DNA of 64,000 nucleotides from Candidatus Latescibacterota bacterium (GCA_965237675.1 OZ250150.1:4704001-4768000), one strand, 5' to 3'. Shown: positions 51,080-60,843, counted from the stretch's first letter. The notes: generated by a model from the sequence alone, not told the origin. Numbers and translations: made by a program.

Positions 51080-53353
51080 TCAGAACTCAGCGGCAATCAT
51101 CGCGTACTGTCCAATGTTCGTTAATATGGTTTCCAAGTGGTTTCCGTCGAACGTGACCTCCAGGTCATCTCCCGTGCAAACGTCCCACACGCGACGAGGA
51201 GTGCCCCGCTCCGTGAGCTGCCAGCGCAGGTTCACTTCGGGTATCGTGGTCACATAGTCAAACTGTGGGCTGAAGCGCGGCCAGATCCCCGGCAGATGCT
51301 CGACGCGCTCGCCGGTGTGATTGATCAGAAACAACACTTGGCTTCCCGGTTTCTCATTCGGAATCATCACGAGTTGGTTCGGGCCATCGGTCATCAGAGG
51401 CCGGCCCTCCGGGTAGAGCCAATCCACCACGGCGCCCAGAAGATCGCGGACCACCAGCAGGCGATATTCGAAATGAAGCTCCTCCACCGGCGCGGCCAGA
51501 TAGACGACGCGGCCCTTGCCAACCGTCCGGCAGGTGACGGCGGGACACAGAGCGTCGTCCTCGCGCCCGCCGAAGACGATGTTCGCCACCACGTCGGTTC
51601 CCGGCCGCGCTTGGACGAACTCGAACCGATTGAGCGGCCACAGCTCATGCGAGCACCCCTCGGCCAGCCATTGACCTGGAACGCAGCAGCCGTACGTGTC
51701 GAACGTCCCGGCGGCCCAGAGGTGTTGTTCGTAATCAGCGAATTGGTCGGGGTTCGGGTCCACGCGGTCCACGCCCAGAAGGTCCGCCAAGGCGAAGTTG
51801 TCGCGCATCTCATCGGGCTCGGCACCGTACAGGCTCGTCCGGTACGTCGCCAGGAGCCGCCCGCCCGCCTTCACATATTCCGTGATGCCTTCGACTTCCT
51901 CCCGCGTGAGATGGCCGACGTTGGGCAGAAGCAGAACGGGATACTTTGCCAACGCCGCTGGATCGGAGAGAACCCGCTCCTCGATCACCGATGTCGGCAA
52001 ATGGTTGGCCAGCATGGTCGAGAAGGCCCCGCGACGGCAGGATTGCTGCGGGGGCGTGCGCACGAGATAGCCCGCCTCGGAGAGCGGGGCCTCGAGCTCC
52101 CCCGGACGGTCGGCGAGGTCCTGCTTGGACTGGCCGATGACATCGTGCCGACGATCGCGCATCACCAGGGGCTCGGCGCGGAACCGCACCCGCTCGAGCA
52201 TCTCATACACCCGCACCGGCAAAACAAACGGAATAGCAACAAACGGTGACGGGTGGAGATCTTCGAAGAGTGATTCGTTCCTCTCCAGGATCTCAAGGAA
52301 CTCCGCCAGCTCACGATTGGCTTTATGGGGAGGCGACAGCCAAAGGTTCACGCCGCACGCCACCAGGACGGCCCCTCCGGAAGCAAAGCTGGCTGCCGCC
52401 TCCTCGACGAGTTCCATGCCGAAGCACTGCGCCCGCGACCAGCCCGTCAAGGCGCCGACGTATTGCCACATGGCCCAACCCGACGACTCGGCCAGACTGG
52501 CCGCCTCGAGCCGATGAAGGAAGTCGCCCCCGGCCTCGTAGAGGAATCCATCGTGCACCTCCACGATCCTGCGTTCGGGCCAGTCGCCCACACCCTGGCC
52601 GTGCGTCAGCACCGGGATGTCCTTCTTCTTTCGCGTCGCGGCGACGAATTCGAGAAAGACATCGCCGACGATCCTGCCGTACTGCAGGCTCCACTCTTCC
52701 AGCATCTCCTGGTCTTCCCGAGGCAGGCTGTGCGGATCGGGTGCATACGGCATTGGGCAGCCGAATTGCCTCTCGAACTTCTCGAGGCAATAGTCGCAGT
52801 AGCACAAGGGCGACTGCGGGGTGTGGTGCGAATGGTAAGGACAGGCAGAATCGGTGTAGATCGCGTCGACGTCGTGGTCCACCACTTGTGCGATGAAAGC
52901 GCAGATGGCCTCTCGGTACGGTGTGTTGAAGCAGACGTGCCGGTGAAATCCGCCGCCGTGGTGCCTCAGGACAGGAGCGTCGCCTTCGGGGCTGGGGCGG
53001 TACATCCACTCCGGATGATGGATCAGCATGTTGTCTTCGGGAATAATGTGCCCCACGGGAATGTACCCGATGACGCGCACGTCCCGCGCATGGGCCTCGG
53101 CGATGGTCTCGGCGAGCAGGTCGCGCTCACTTAATTGAGGGTGCGGGGGAAAGAACTCATTGGGGAAGACCGCCCATTTGCCCGCGCTGCCGAACCAAAT
53201 GGCGTTGGCGTGGTATTTCCGCACGACATCGACGAGCTGCTTCGCGTCAAAGTCGATGTCGGGCCAGAAGGGCGGGTGGTATTGCTCTATCTGAAAGGTG
53301 CGCGCCCGCCGTACCCACTCGTGACTTGGCTTGATCATAGCGATGACCTCCAA
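51080..53353 (-). CDS. Putative glycoside hydrolase (GHL6/GH42-like TIM barrel + trimerisation domain)
   Basis: FDA...; RDLLAE.I.EAH; HPEW; CFNTPY; CYCDYC...F; YV..GG.LLAT..TS. Confidence 0.7.
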   Translation of the reverse strand: MEVIAMIKPSHEWVRRARTFQIEQYHPPFWPDIDFDAKQLVDVVRKYHANAIWFGSAGKWAVFPNEFFPPHPQLSERDLLAETIAEAHARDVRVIGYIPVGHIIPEDNMLIHHPEWMYRPSPEGDAPVLRHHGGGFHRHVCFNTPYREAICAFIAQVVDHDVDAIYTDSACPYHSHHTPQSPLCYCDYCLEKFERQFGCPMPYAPDPHSLPREDQEMLEEWSLQYGRIVGDVFLEFVAATRKKKDIPVLTHGQGVGDWPERRIVEVHDGFLYEAGGDFLHRLEAASLAESSGWAMWQYVGALTGWSRAQCFGMELVEEAAASFASGGAVLVACGVNLWLSPPHKANRELAEFLEILERNESLFEDLHPSPFVAIPFVLPVRVYEMLERVRFRAEPLVMRDRRHDVIGQSKQDLADRPGELEAPLSEAGYLVRTPPQQSCRRGAFSTMLANHLPTSVIEERVLSDPAALAKYPVLLLPNVGHLTREEVEGITEYVKAGGRLLATYRTSLYGAEPDEMRDNFALADLLGVDRVDPNPDQFADYEQHLWAAGTFDTYGCCVPGQWLAEGCSHELWPLNRFEFVQARPGTDVVANIVFGGREDDALCPAVTCRTVGKGRVVYLAAPVEELHFEYRLLVVRDLLGAVVDWLYPEGRPLMTDGPNQLVMIPNEKPGSQVLFLINHTGERVEHLPGIWPRFSPQFDYVTTIPEVNLRWQLTERGTPRRVWDVCTGDDLEVTFDGNHLETILTNIGQYAMIAAEF

Positions 53354-53700
53354 AATCTGTACCGTCTTTTTTTACCCGCAGAGCCCGCGGAGAACGCAGA
53401 GAACGGCCTTCCATGATTCACGGCCGCTCATCATGATCGAGAAGCCGAGAAATATCAGGCTGAACCCAGCCAGCAGCAGCCCAAGCTCGGCTGTCGCCGT
53501 CAACTCAGGATCGTCCCGAGCAACAGGAGCAAAGTCAGAGAATGGACGAAAAACGCTCTGGTTGCCAGCGCTCCCACGTTTAACCCGAGGACCTCAACGA
53601 CCCTCCCCGCTGTCATGAGGATGGAAGCAGGAGTGCAGGTAACGCCGCAACCAGAGCGGCACGGAGGTCATTCGCAGTCATTGGTTTCGACTGGCATGGC

Positions 53701-53834
53701 TGCTAACTACGGGATTACCGAACAGTTACGGTAATGCGTACCTGATCCGAAGATCTGCGAACGTTCGGGAACATCCCACTTTGAAGCTTGTAGCCCGAAC
53801 ATGTTCAGGAATGCTTCCTATGGTGGCATCGTCT
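53701..53834 (-). other. attI-like platform site, copy 2
   Basis: GCTAAC 128 bp 3' of the recombinase stop; same palindrome. Confidence 0.78.
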
Positions 53835-54836
53835 CTAACCAAAAACTGCCCCCCTTTCTTCCATCAATGCATCCAGCGGGCTCTGGATTTTCGCGAGATC
53901 CCGATTCGTCACCCGAGTATAGATCTGTGTGGTTTTTGGGCTTGCATGCCCCAGCAACACCTGGATATATCGCAGGTCGGTCCCGCGTTCAAGCAGGTGT
54001 GTCGCAAAGGAATGCCGTAGCGTATGTATCGATATCCGCTTGTTAATATTGGCTTTCTTGCAAGCCCGGTCAAATGCTTTCTGAACTGATCGCTCGGTCA
54101 AATGCCGTCCCGGCCTTGCGCCCGGGAACAACCATGTTTCGGGTGGATATTGGCGCCTGTAGTCTTGAACCGCCTTCTGTGCGACCGCGGAGAGCATTGT
54201 GTAGCGATCCTTCCGGTGCTTGCCCTGACGAACATGAACCAGCTTTCGGTCCAGGTCGATGTCTTCGACCTTTAGCCGGACCACTTCACCCAATCGGAGG
54301 CCTCCGGAATAGGTCAACAGAATGATCGCCCGATGCTTCAGGTTTTCTACCGCATCCAGTAACCGAAGCACTTCGGGCCGGCTCAACACAGTGGGCAATT
54401 TGTGCTCTTTTTTCGGACGGGGCAGGTTTTCAAGCGGATGCTGATCTTTCAACACTCGAAGGAACAGGAATTTCAATGCACTTACGCACTGATTGACGTA
54501 ACTGTGCGAGGCTCCCGTTTCAAGGAGGTGATACACGTAATTTCGGACCTCCATCTCCCCAAAAGATCGAGGTGCCTTGCGGCAATAATTGGCAAATCGT
54601 CTGACGTGACCAAGGTACGCTTTTCGCGTTTTCGCGCGATACCCCCTGGGTTGTCTCACTCTATATTGGCACGTAGGGAAGGCCGGTTGTTCATCTGCCA
54701 TAAGCATTCGCGCATCGGTAACTGAGCGCATTCGGGGGCTGAAAAGCTTAAAGAGAATCCCCACAAAAACGGGAGCAAGAATGAGCAAAGCAATCACTAC
54801 AATTGAAGGATCGGGAACCATCGAATTCCCTTGCAA
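53835..54836 (-). CDS. Tyrosine recombinase (SAM-like N-domain + catalytic domain), no IntI I2 insert; true start uncertain
   Basis: [32 protein letters not shown]; family similarity begins near RGYRAKT (about 54650). Confidence 0.92.
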   Translation of the reverse strand: MQGNSMVPDPSIVVIALLILAPVFVGILFKLFSPRMRSVTDARMLMADEQPAFPTCQYRVRQPRGYRAKTRKAYLGHVRRFANYCRKAPRSFGEMEVRNYVYHLLETGASHSYVNQCVSALKFLFLRVLKDQHPLENLPRPKKEHKLPTVLSRPEVLRLLDAVENLKHRAIILLTYSGGLRLGEVVRLKVEDIDLDRKLVHVRQGKHRKDRYTMLSAVAQKAVQDYRRQYPPETWLFPGARPGRHLTERSVQKAFDRACKKANINKRISIHTLRHSFATHLLERGTDLRYIQVLLGHASPKTTQIYTRVTNRDLAKIQSPLDALMEERGAVFG

Positions 54837-54977
54837 CTGGTCAACCCTGAGCCCGGATTCTGTAATAGAGATTGGCTATCTGTGTACAAGCTAGACGTCT
54901 GTCGGAAGGTCTTTGTTATCGTGTTCAAATAGAAACCGGTGGATCTGTCAAGAACGAAAACGGCGCTGACATTCGTT

Positions 54978-55310
54978 CTAATCTTGCGTTTTCGTTTTAT
55001 GGGAAGCACCCACAGTCTCGTGGGTCTCCTTTAGTTCATCGCCTATCATGTCTATGCGGTTCGTCACTACAGAGATAGTCTGAACTCTCTCGTCGATACT
55101 TTCGATTGTCGAAAGGAGAGCCATAGAAGTGCCGCCCTGTTCACGCACTAGCTCGCTCTGTAACTGCAACTCGGTTAAGACGTGCTCCATTCGCGCACTG
55201 GCTTGCGACAACTGTCCTCGCATCGCCTCGATTTGAGCTAGTTGGCTTTCCTCTATGCCGCACGACTTAATCGAGGTTACGAGTAGAAGGAGGAATCCAC
55301 TCAATCCCAC
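54978..55310 (-). CDS. Hypothetical coiled-coil protein or fragment
   Basis: 110-aa ORF. Confidence 0.35.
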   Translation of the reverse strand: MGLSGFLLLLVTSIKSCGIEESQLAQIEAMRGQLSQASARMEHVLTELQLQSELVREQGGTSMALLSTIESIDERVQTISVVTNRIDMIGDELKETHETVGASHKTKTQD

Positions 55311-55513
55311 CGTCGCGCTGAACTTTAATACATCTAGGATCGTCGTCTAGAGGGTAAAGCCATAACGGGGCCGACATAACCTTCTTTTGGCTTTCTTGAT
55401 TTTGACCTCCAAAAACTTCCAAGATAAAATAAATCGGCGGTATTAAGTCAAACCGCCGAGGTGGAGAGTTACTTTTTCTTCTCTATGAGCTACAGAAAAA
55501 AGAAACTTCCCAC

Positions 55514-55759
55514 TCAGGCCGTAACTTTGACAATACTGTAGAGAAATTCAGGTGCGAAGTCGGCTTCATTCTCCCACATTATCGTATGTAGGTCAGGGTG
55601 AACTCGGAATTTCTTGAATTCCTCTTTATCCTTCAACGACTCAAAAACGGGACCCCATAGTTCATCTTTCAACTCTACCTCTCCCTCCACACCATCACTG
55701 AATTTGAGCCAGATCACATAGTCGCCTACATAGTGAGCTTCAATCACACGGGGTATCAT
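55514..55759 (-). CDS. DUF2442 protein, copy 2
   Basis: Near-identical to 43883-44152. Confidence 0.85.
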   Translation of the reverse strand: MIPRVIEAHYVGDYVIWLKFSDGVEGEVELKDELWGPVFESLKDKEEFKKFRVHPDLHTIMWENEADFAPEFLYSIVKVTA

Positions 55760-55763
55760 CTTC

Positions 55764-56021
55764 TCACTCCAAGGGTGCAATTTTATTCAACGGACGACGC
55801 TGCTCTGCGCGTTCCCAATTCTCCATCAGTTCTCTTTGGTGCAGATCATACCATTCCAGAACATGCCTCAGAGCCCGTCTAGGAAATTGGCCTGTCACAA
55901 CGCCTGTCTCAATATCGACCGTGATGTCATATTCACCGTATGTGGCGTGAAAATGGGGTGGTCCGTGCTCACGATAAAACATACCAATCACGATCCCAAG
56001 AAATCGACTAATCTCCGGCAT
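55764..56021 (-). CDS. DUF4160 protein, copy 2
   Basis: 1 aa difference from 44157-44414. Confidence 0.9.
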   Translation of the reverse strand: MPEISRFLGIVIGMFYREHGPPHFHATYGEYDITVDIETGVVTGQFPRRALRHVLEWYDLHQRELMENWERAEQRRPLNKIAPLE

Positions 56022-56143
56022 AATTATATTTTACAATAATTTATAGGAAAATGCAACTACTTAATGACTTGCGCTTCAGGGTAGGGCTGGGGTTGTCTTT
56101 TGCCCCCTTTTCGATAAGGAATCAGACAAAAAAACCGCATGGC

Positions 56144-56278
56144 GGCTAACTAAGGTATTACCGAACAGTTACGGTAATACGTAACAGATCTGAGAATCTC
56201 CGAACGTTCGGGAACATCCCACCTTGAAGCTTGCAGCCCGAACATGTTCAGAAATGCTGTCCTATGGTGGCATCGTCT
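56144..56278 (-). other. attI-like platform site, copy 3
   Basis: GCTAACTAAGGTATTACCGAACAGTTACGGTAATAC. Confidence 0.75.
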
Positions 56279-56520
56279 CTAATCAATACCTGCCTCCCTT
56301 TCATCCATCAATGCATCCAGCGGACTCCGGATCTTTGCGAGATCCCGATTCGTCACCCGAGTATAGATCTGTGTGGTCTTTGGGCTTACGTGCCCGAGCA
56401 ACACCTGGATATATCGCAGGTCCGTCCCGCGTTCAAGCAGGTGTGTCGCAAAGGAATGCCGTAGCGTGTGTATCGATATCCGCTTGTTAATATTGGCTTT
56501 TCTCGAAATCCGGTCAATCG
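56279..56520 (-). pseudogene. 3' fragment of the tyrosine recombinase
   Basis: [23 protein letters not shown]...SPLDALM. Confidence 0.9.
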
Positions 56521-56603
56521 TTTTCTGTACCAACTGCTCGTTGAATTGTCTCTCCAGCCTCGCGCCGAAACGTCAACCGGCGGTCACTCTTACCGCGCCA
56601 ACA

Positions 56604-57350
56604 TCACCTGTCCCCCCACCTATTGCGCAACTCGATGACGGTCAGCATGGTCACCTCCCCGGTGGGGTCTAATCCGGCATCGGCCTGAAACTTTTTCAAC
56701 GCCTCCCGGGTGGCCTCGTTCAGGACCCCGTCAACCGGTCCGGTGTCGTATCCCATCCGATTCAGGATCGTCTGCACCTCGTAGTTGTGCTCCGGCCCGG
56801 CGGGAATATCCGACTCCGATTCGGGTTCTTCCTGCTTCTCTTCAACCACCGCCGTATCCTCAGAGATCAGCACCCAGCGCAGGAGGCGGATCTCAAAGAG
56901 TACGGCCGCGGCTCCAACAATCCATAGCAGGCCGAATAGCAGCGCAATCCCCCATCGAATTGCCGGGTCCCCTTCCCCGCCAGCCGCCGGGTCGGAGCGA
57001 TCGAATACTTCGGGCGCAATCAGATAGCGCAGGCACAACCAGAGGCCGACATGCAGGAACGCGAGAACGATCGGCGTTCGGACCGGGACCCTGAGAGGCG
57101 ACCGTACAGGGCGCCAGAACCGGGCGATTGCAAGTGTCCAGAGATCGACCAGCGTCAGAAACAGAGGCAATCCCGCGAGGAAGCCGACGGCCCGATCCGC
57201 GGTATCGGCGCCCCGCATCCATGCCCACCATGCCGCGGCCAGAAACGCCACCGCCAGCACGGTCCATGTGCCAACACGAAGCAGCAAGGCGGCCCGTGAC
57301 CGCTCGGGTCTGGGCGTGGACGCGCCGGATTCAGGTTGAAGTCGGTTCAT
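56604..57350 (-). CDS. Membrane protein with C-terminal peptidoglycan-binding domain
   Basis: 4 TM segments; VQ..LNRMGYDTGPVDG...T.EAL..FQ..AGL..TG. Confidence 0.8.
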   Translation of the reverse strand: MNRLQPESGASTPRPERSRAALLLRVGTWTVLAVAFLAAAWWAWMRGADTADRAVGFLAGLPLFLTLVDLWTLAIARFWRPVRSPLRVPVRTPIVLAFLHVGLWLCLRYLIAPEVFDRSDPAAGGEGDPAIRWGIALLFGLLWIVGAAAVLFEIRLLRWVLISEDTAVVEEKQEEPESESDIPAGPEHNYEVQTILNRMGYDTGPVDGVLNEATREALKKFQADAGLDPTGEVTMLTVIELRNRWGDR

Positions 57351-57466
57351 TTACGGTACTCCGCTCGGGGCATACTTCCGCATAGCCCTTCCAGGACGCT
57401 GTTCACTTGGCTATATTGTACGGTACCCGGCCCCATCGTGTCCGGAAATGAAACGGATTACGAACC

Positions 57467-59593
57467 ATGCGTCCACAATCCGAAATCCTCGCGGTCGAAC
57501 TGATCAATGGGAACCAGATGGCGTTCTACACCCGCGCCGGACGCGAGACCCATCCATTTTCGCCGTGGTTGCTGGTCGAGGCGCCGGAGGAGTGCGACCG
57601 CGCCGGCCTCTCCGGCGTCCGAAAAATAGCGCGTCTCAAGGGCGGCGGCCAGCTTCGGTTTCTGGTCCACTTCCACTCCTGGACCGATTATCTGGATGCC
57701 CGGGGACAACTGTCCGCGGACGGCGTTGCCCATTTCGACTTCAACAATCCGGTTAAACAACACCTGCTGCTCTCCGGAAACACGCTCTTTCGGGGCATGC
57801 GTTACAACGACGTCCACCGCCTTCAGCTGGATATCGAAACCACCGGCCTCAACCCCGAAGCGCCGGGGGCAGGTATTATTCTGATTGCGCTTTCCGACAA
57901 TAGAAGCTACGAGGAAGTGCTCGGCGCCCGAGGGATGTCCGAAGGCGCACTCCTCGAGGTCCTCAATCAGTGCATTCGGAGCCGCGACCCCGATATTATC
58001 GAAGGCCACAACATCTTTGACTTCGACCTCACCTACATCCAGGTTCGCGCCCGGGCCCTCAACGTCAACCTGACCTGGGGCCGGGACGGCTCCGAACTGA
58101 AAGCCGGGAACGGCTTGCGCCGATACCGGGTGGGCGCCCGCAGTCGCACCTTTCGTCCGGCCTACATTCACGGCCGCCACATTATTGACACCTATCACCA
58201 GGTCCAGCGATACGACATTGGCGGGCGCCTGGAGAGTTACGGCCTGAAGAACGTCGTTCGCGCGCTCGGCCTGGAGCGCGGGAACCGTGTCTTCGTCGAG
58301 GGGGCCGACATCCAGAAAACCTGGCGCAGCGACCCGGGCCGGGTGGTGAACTACGCGCTGGACGACGTCCGTGACGTTCGCGCGTTGAGCGAAATGGTCG
58401 CCACCACCGAATTCTACCAAACCCAGGTGCTGCCCTATCGGTTTCAGGACGTCGCGATTATCGGGCCCGGCGAAAAGATCAATGCCCTGATGATCGGGGC
58501 CTACCTCCGCCGGGGCCTCGCCGTTCCTCGGCCTCAGCACGCGGAGTCGTTTGGGGGAGGATATACCGAACTGTTTGACTCGGGCATCTTCAGCCGGGTT
58601 GTCAAGGCCGACGTGGAGAGCCTCTACCCTTCCATCATGTTAAACTACGGCATCCGACCCGGTTCCGATACGGAAAACGTATTCCTGCCCATGCTGCAGC
58701 GCCTGACCGGACGACGCCTCGAGGCCAAATCCAGCCTGAATGATGCCGAAACCGATGCCGACCGGTCCTACTGGGACGGACTGCAGGGAAGCTATAAGAT
58801 CCTGATCAACTCGTTCTACGGATACCTGGGGTACGGAAGGGCGAATTTCAACGACTATACGGCGGCGGCACGCATCACAAGCCTTGGCCAGCAGATTGCC
58901 CGGCAGGTTGTGGCGATGCTGCGGGAAAGGAACGCCCGGCTCATCGAAGCGGATACCGACGGCGTGTATTTCGTCCTGCCCCCCGGAATCGACACGGAAC
59001 GGGAAGAACACCTGTTCATCGAAGCACTCTCCGGAGAACTGCCAGAGGGCATCCACCTATCCCACGACGGCCGGTTCCGGGGTATGATCAGCCTCAAGGC
59101 CAAAAACTATATTCTGGTTGATTACGACGGTCGCCTGATCATCAAAGGCAGCAGTCTGCGCAGCCGGCGCGACGAGCGCGTTTTCCGTGAATTTGTCCGG
59201 AAGCTGGCCCCGCTGCTTATCAACCGACAGTCCGATGCCGCGTCGGCCCTATACATGGAATTCGCCGACCGCCTGCAGGCGGGTCAATTCGATCACAGAG
59301 AATTCTGCCGAAGGGAAAGCATCACCGAAAAGACGTTTTCGAATCCGAACCTGCGTCGGCTGGCCGCGGCCGCAGAGGGATGTGAAGTGGGAGACAGGAT
59401 TGCCGTCTACCAGAGAAACGACGGCAGCCTCGCGCGAATTGAAACCTACGCCAACGACGAAGACAGACGCTATCTGCTACGAAGACTGCACGATATGGCC
59501 GGACGCTTCCGTGCCCTCTTCGACGAAGCCGAGTTCGATCGGCTTTTTCCTCTCCTGAAACAATCCGCGAGTGAGCAACTCAGCCTGTTCTAG
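57467..59593 (+). CDS. polB: Family B DNA polymerase
   Basis: DIETTG, GHNIFDFD, YALDD exonuclease motifs; DVESLYPS, KILINSFYG, DTDG. Confidence 0.92.
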   Translation: MRPQSEILAVELINGNQMAFYTRAGRETHPFSPWLLVEAPEECDRAGLSGVRKIARLKGGGQLRFLVHFHSWTDYLDARGQLSADGVAHFDFNNPVKQHLLLSGNTLFRGMRYNDVHRLQLDIETTGLNPEAPGAGIILIALSDNRSYEEVLGARGMSEGALLEVLNQCIRSRDPDIIEGHNIFDFDLTYIQVRARALNVNLTWGRDGSELKAGNGLRRYRVGARSRTFRPAYIHGRHIIDTYHQVQRYDIGGRLESYGLKNVVRALGLERGNRVFVEGADIQKTWRSDPGRVVNYALDDVRDVRALSEMVATTEFYQTQVLPYRFQDVAIIGPGEKINALMIGAYLRRGLAVPRPQHAESFGGGYTELFDSGIFSRVVKADVESLYPSIMLNYGIRPGSDTENVFLPMLQRLTGRRLEAKSSLNDAETDADRSYWDGLQGSYKILINSFYGYLGYGRANFNDYTAAARITSLGQQIARQVVAMLRERNARLIEADTDGVYFVLPPGIDTEREEHLFIEALSGELPEGIHLSHDGRFRGMISLKAKNYILVDYDGRLIIKGSSLRSRRDERVFREFVRKLAPLLINRQSDAASALYMEFADRLQAGQFDHREFCRRESITEKTFSNPNLRRLAAAAEGCEVGDRIAVYQRNDGSLARIETYANDEDRRYLLRRLHDMAGRFRALFDEAEFDRLFPLLKQSASEQLSLF

Positions 59594-60843
59594 GAAACTG
59601 TCGTCGGCCGGTTGAACACCTCTCGCTGGCTCCCCACAAGCCTCCATAGAACGACTGCCAGCACGCATCCAGTGATCGTGGGCACAAACGCCGTCAGGGT
59701 GGCGCCGTGGAAATGGTGTGTCAGAACACCGGCGCCCATCCCCGCGGCGACCAGAACAACCATCCACGCCGCCGCTCGACCCTGCTGGTGGGCCGCGAGC
59801 AGTGTGGTATGCGCCAGGCCGCACAGCACAAAGGGCGGCACACACCAGACAAGAAGCCTGGCGGATTTCACAGCCGGAAGATAGGCCGGGCCCAGAAGCC
59901 AGGATACCGCAGGGACGAGCATCACGTGAACGGCGGCCGAAACCACAATGGCGATGCCCGTCAGTGTCAGGGCCGACCGCGCGACGAGTTTCACGAACGC
60001 CCGCCGATCGGGCAGACGGGTGCTCAGCGCGGGCAAGACGGCCTCAAAACTCGCACCAATCAGAATAAGCAGCGCTGCCGCCAGCCGGTACCCGACGGCC
60101 AGATATCCGGCTTCAGCGCCGCCTCCGGTCTGATAATAGGTCGTCAGGTAGTTCAGGTTCAACAGATTAATCAGGAAATACACCGCGGGCAGGTGTTTCA
60201 ACCCCTCCACGATCCGACGCCAATTGAGTCCAGGACGCAAGGCAAGACCGAGTTCACCCGTGGCCCGCCGGATAAAGACAAACCCGGCCGCCAGATACCC
60301 CGCACGACAGACCAGATAGCACATCCCCACGCCCACAATATCCCAACCGGCAATCATCGCGCCGAACCCGCTCGCCAGCAGCAGGACGTTGAGCCCGAGC
60401 ATAAGCAGGGCGCAGTATCCGGATCGCTGGAGACCCTTAAACACCGCGTTGAACCCGTCGCCCAAACTCATCAACACCGTCGAAACGCCCACAAGAAGGG
60501 CGGCCAGCGTCACATCCGGCCCGGTTCCGAACGCCCAAGCGGCCCCCACCATCACCGCCAGCGCCGGCAGGGCAAGCGCCAGCTTGAACGACAGGGCCTC
60601 GGAACACGCGATCCGGCCTTCGGCCAGGCTCGACGCCGTTGCCTTGATGACCCGGTTGTTCGATCCCGCATCCAGGAGTGGAACGAAAAAAGCGGTCAGG
60701 CCAATAACGAAGACATAGTCGGCCAGTCCGCTCTCCTCGAGAAGCCGGGCCACGCCCACCAGCAGCAGCATCCCTCCCAACAGGTGGGCGCCTTTCTCCG
60801 CGGTGAGAAAAATCGAATTCGTCGAAACCCCCGCCACATCCAC
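59590..60843 (-). CDS. Oligosaccharide flippase (Wzx/MOP superfamily)
   Basis: About 12 hydrophobic segments; LLDAG; AG.L.VGYRL. Confidence 0.75.
   Translation of the reverse strand: MDVAGVSTNSIFLTAEKGAHLLGGMLLLVGVARLLEESGLADYVFVIGLTAFFVPLLDAGSNNRVIKATASSLAEGRIACSEALSFKLALALPALAVMVGAAWAFGTGPDVTLAALLVGVSTVLMSLGDGFNAVFKGLQRSGYCALLMLGLNVLLLASGFGAMIAGWDIVGVGMCYLVCRAGYLAAGFVFIRRATGELGLALRPGLNWRRIVEGLKHLPAVYFLINLLNLNYLTTYYQTGGGAEAGYLAVGYRLAAALLILIGASFEAVLPALSTRLPDRRAFVKLVARSALTLTGIAIVVSAAVHVMLVPAVSWLLGPAYLPAVKSARLLVWCVPPFVLCGLAHTTLLAAHQQGRAAAWMVVLVAAGMGAGVLTHHFHGATLTAFVPTITGCVLAVVLWRLVGSQREVFNRPTTVS

Larger units (their letters stand above)
55353..56150. repeat. Duplicate of the DUF4160-DUF2442 cassette (43746-44543)
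   Basis: Near identity, offset 11607, ending at GGCTAAC. Confidence 0.95.
469..56533 (-). mobile_element. Integron-like cassette array with a non-canonical tyrosine recombinase platform
   Basis: About 30 AAC...GTT hairpin sites alternate with single co-oriented unrelated ORFs; TA cassettes; duplicated cassettes; recombinase and conserved attI-like site at the right end. Confidence 0.9.

Noticed and set aside
53715-53810. LexA (GAAC-N4-GTTC) boxes in the platform site
   Set aside because: The GAAC/GTTC half-sites are spaced by 0-2 nt, not 4
53835-54836. Naming the recombinase intI or xerC/xerD
   Set aside because: It lacks the IntI insertion, and its context and N-domain do not support a housekeeping Xer call
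57458-58540. Long antisense ORFs (also 20446-21288, 34458-35441, 51137-52249, 59707-60900)
   Set aside because: Shadow frames opposite well-supported GC-rich genes; no motifs
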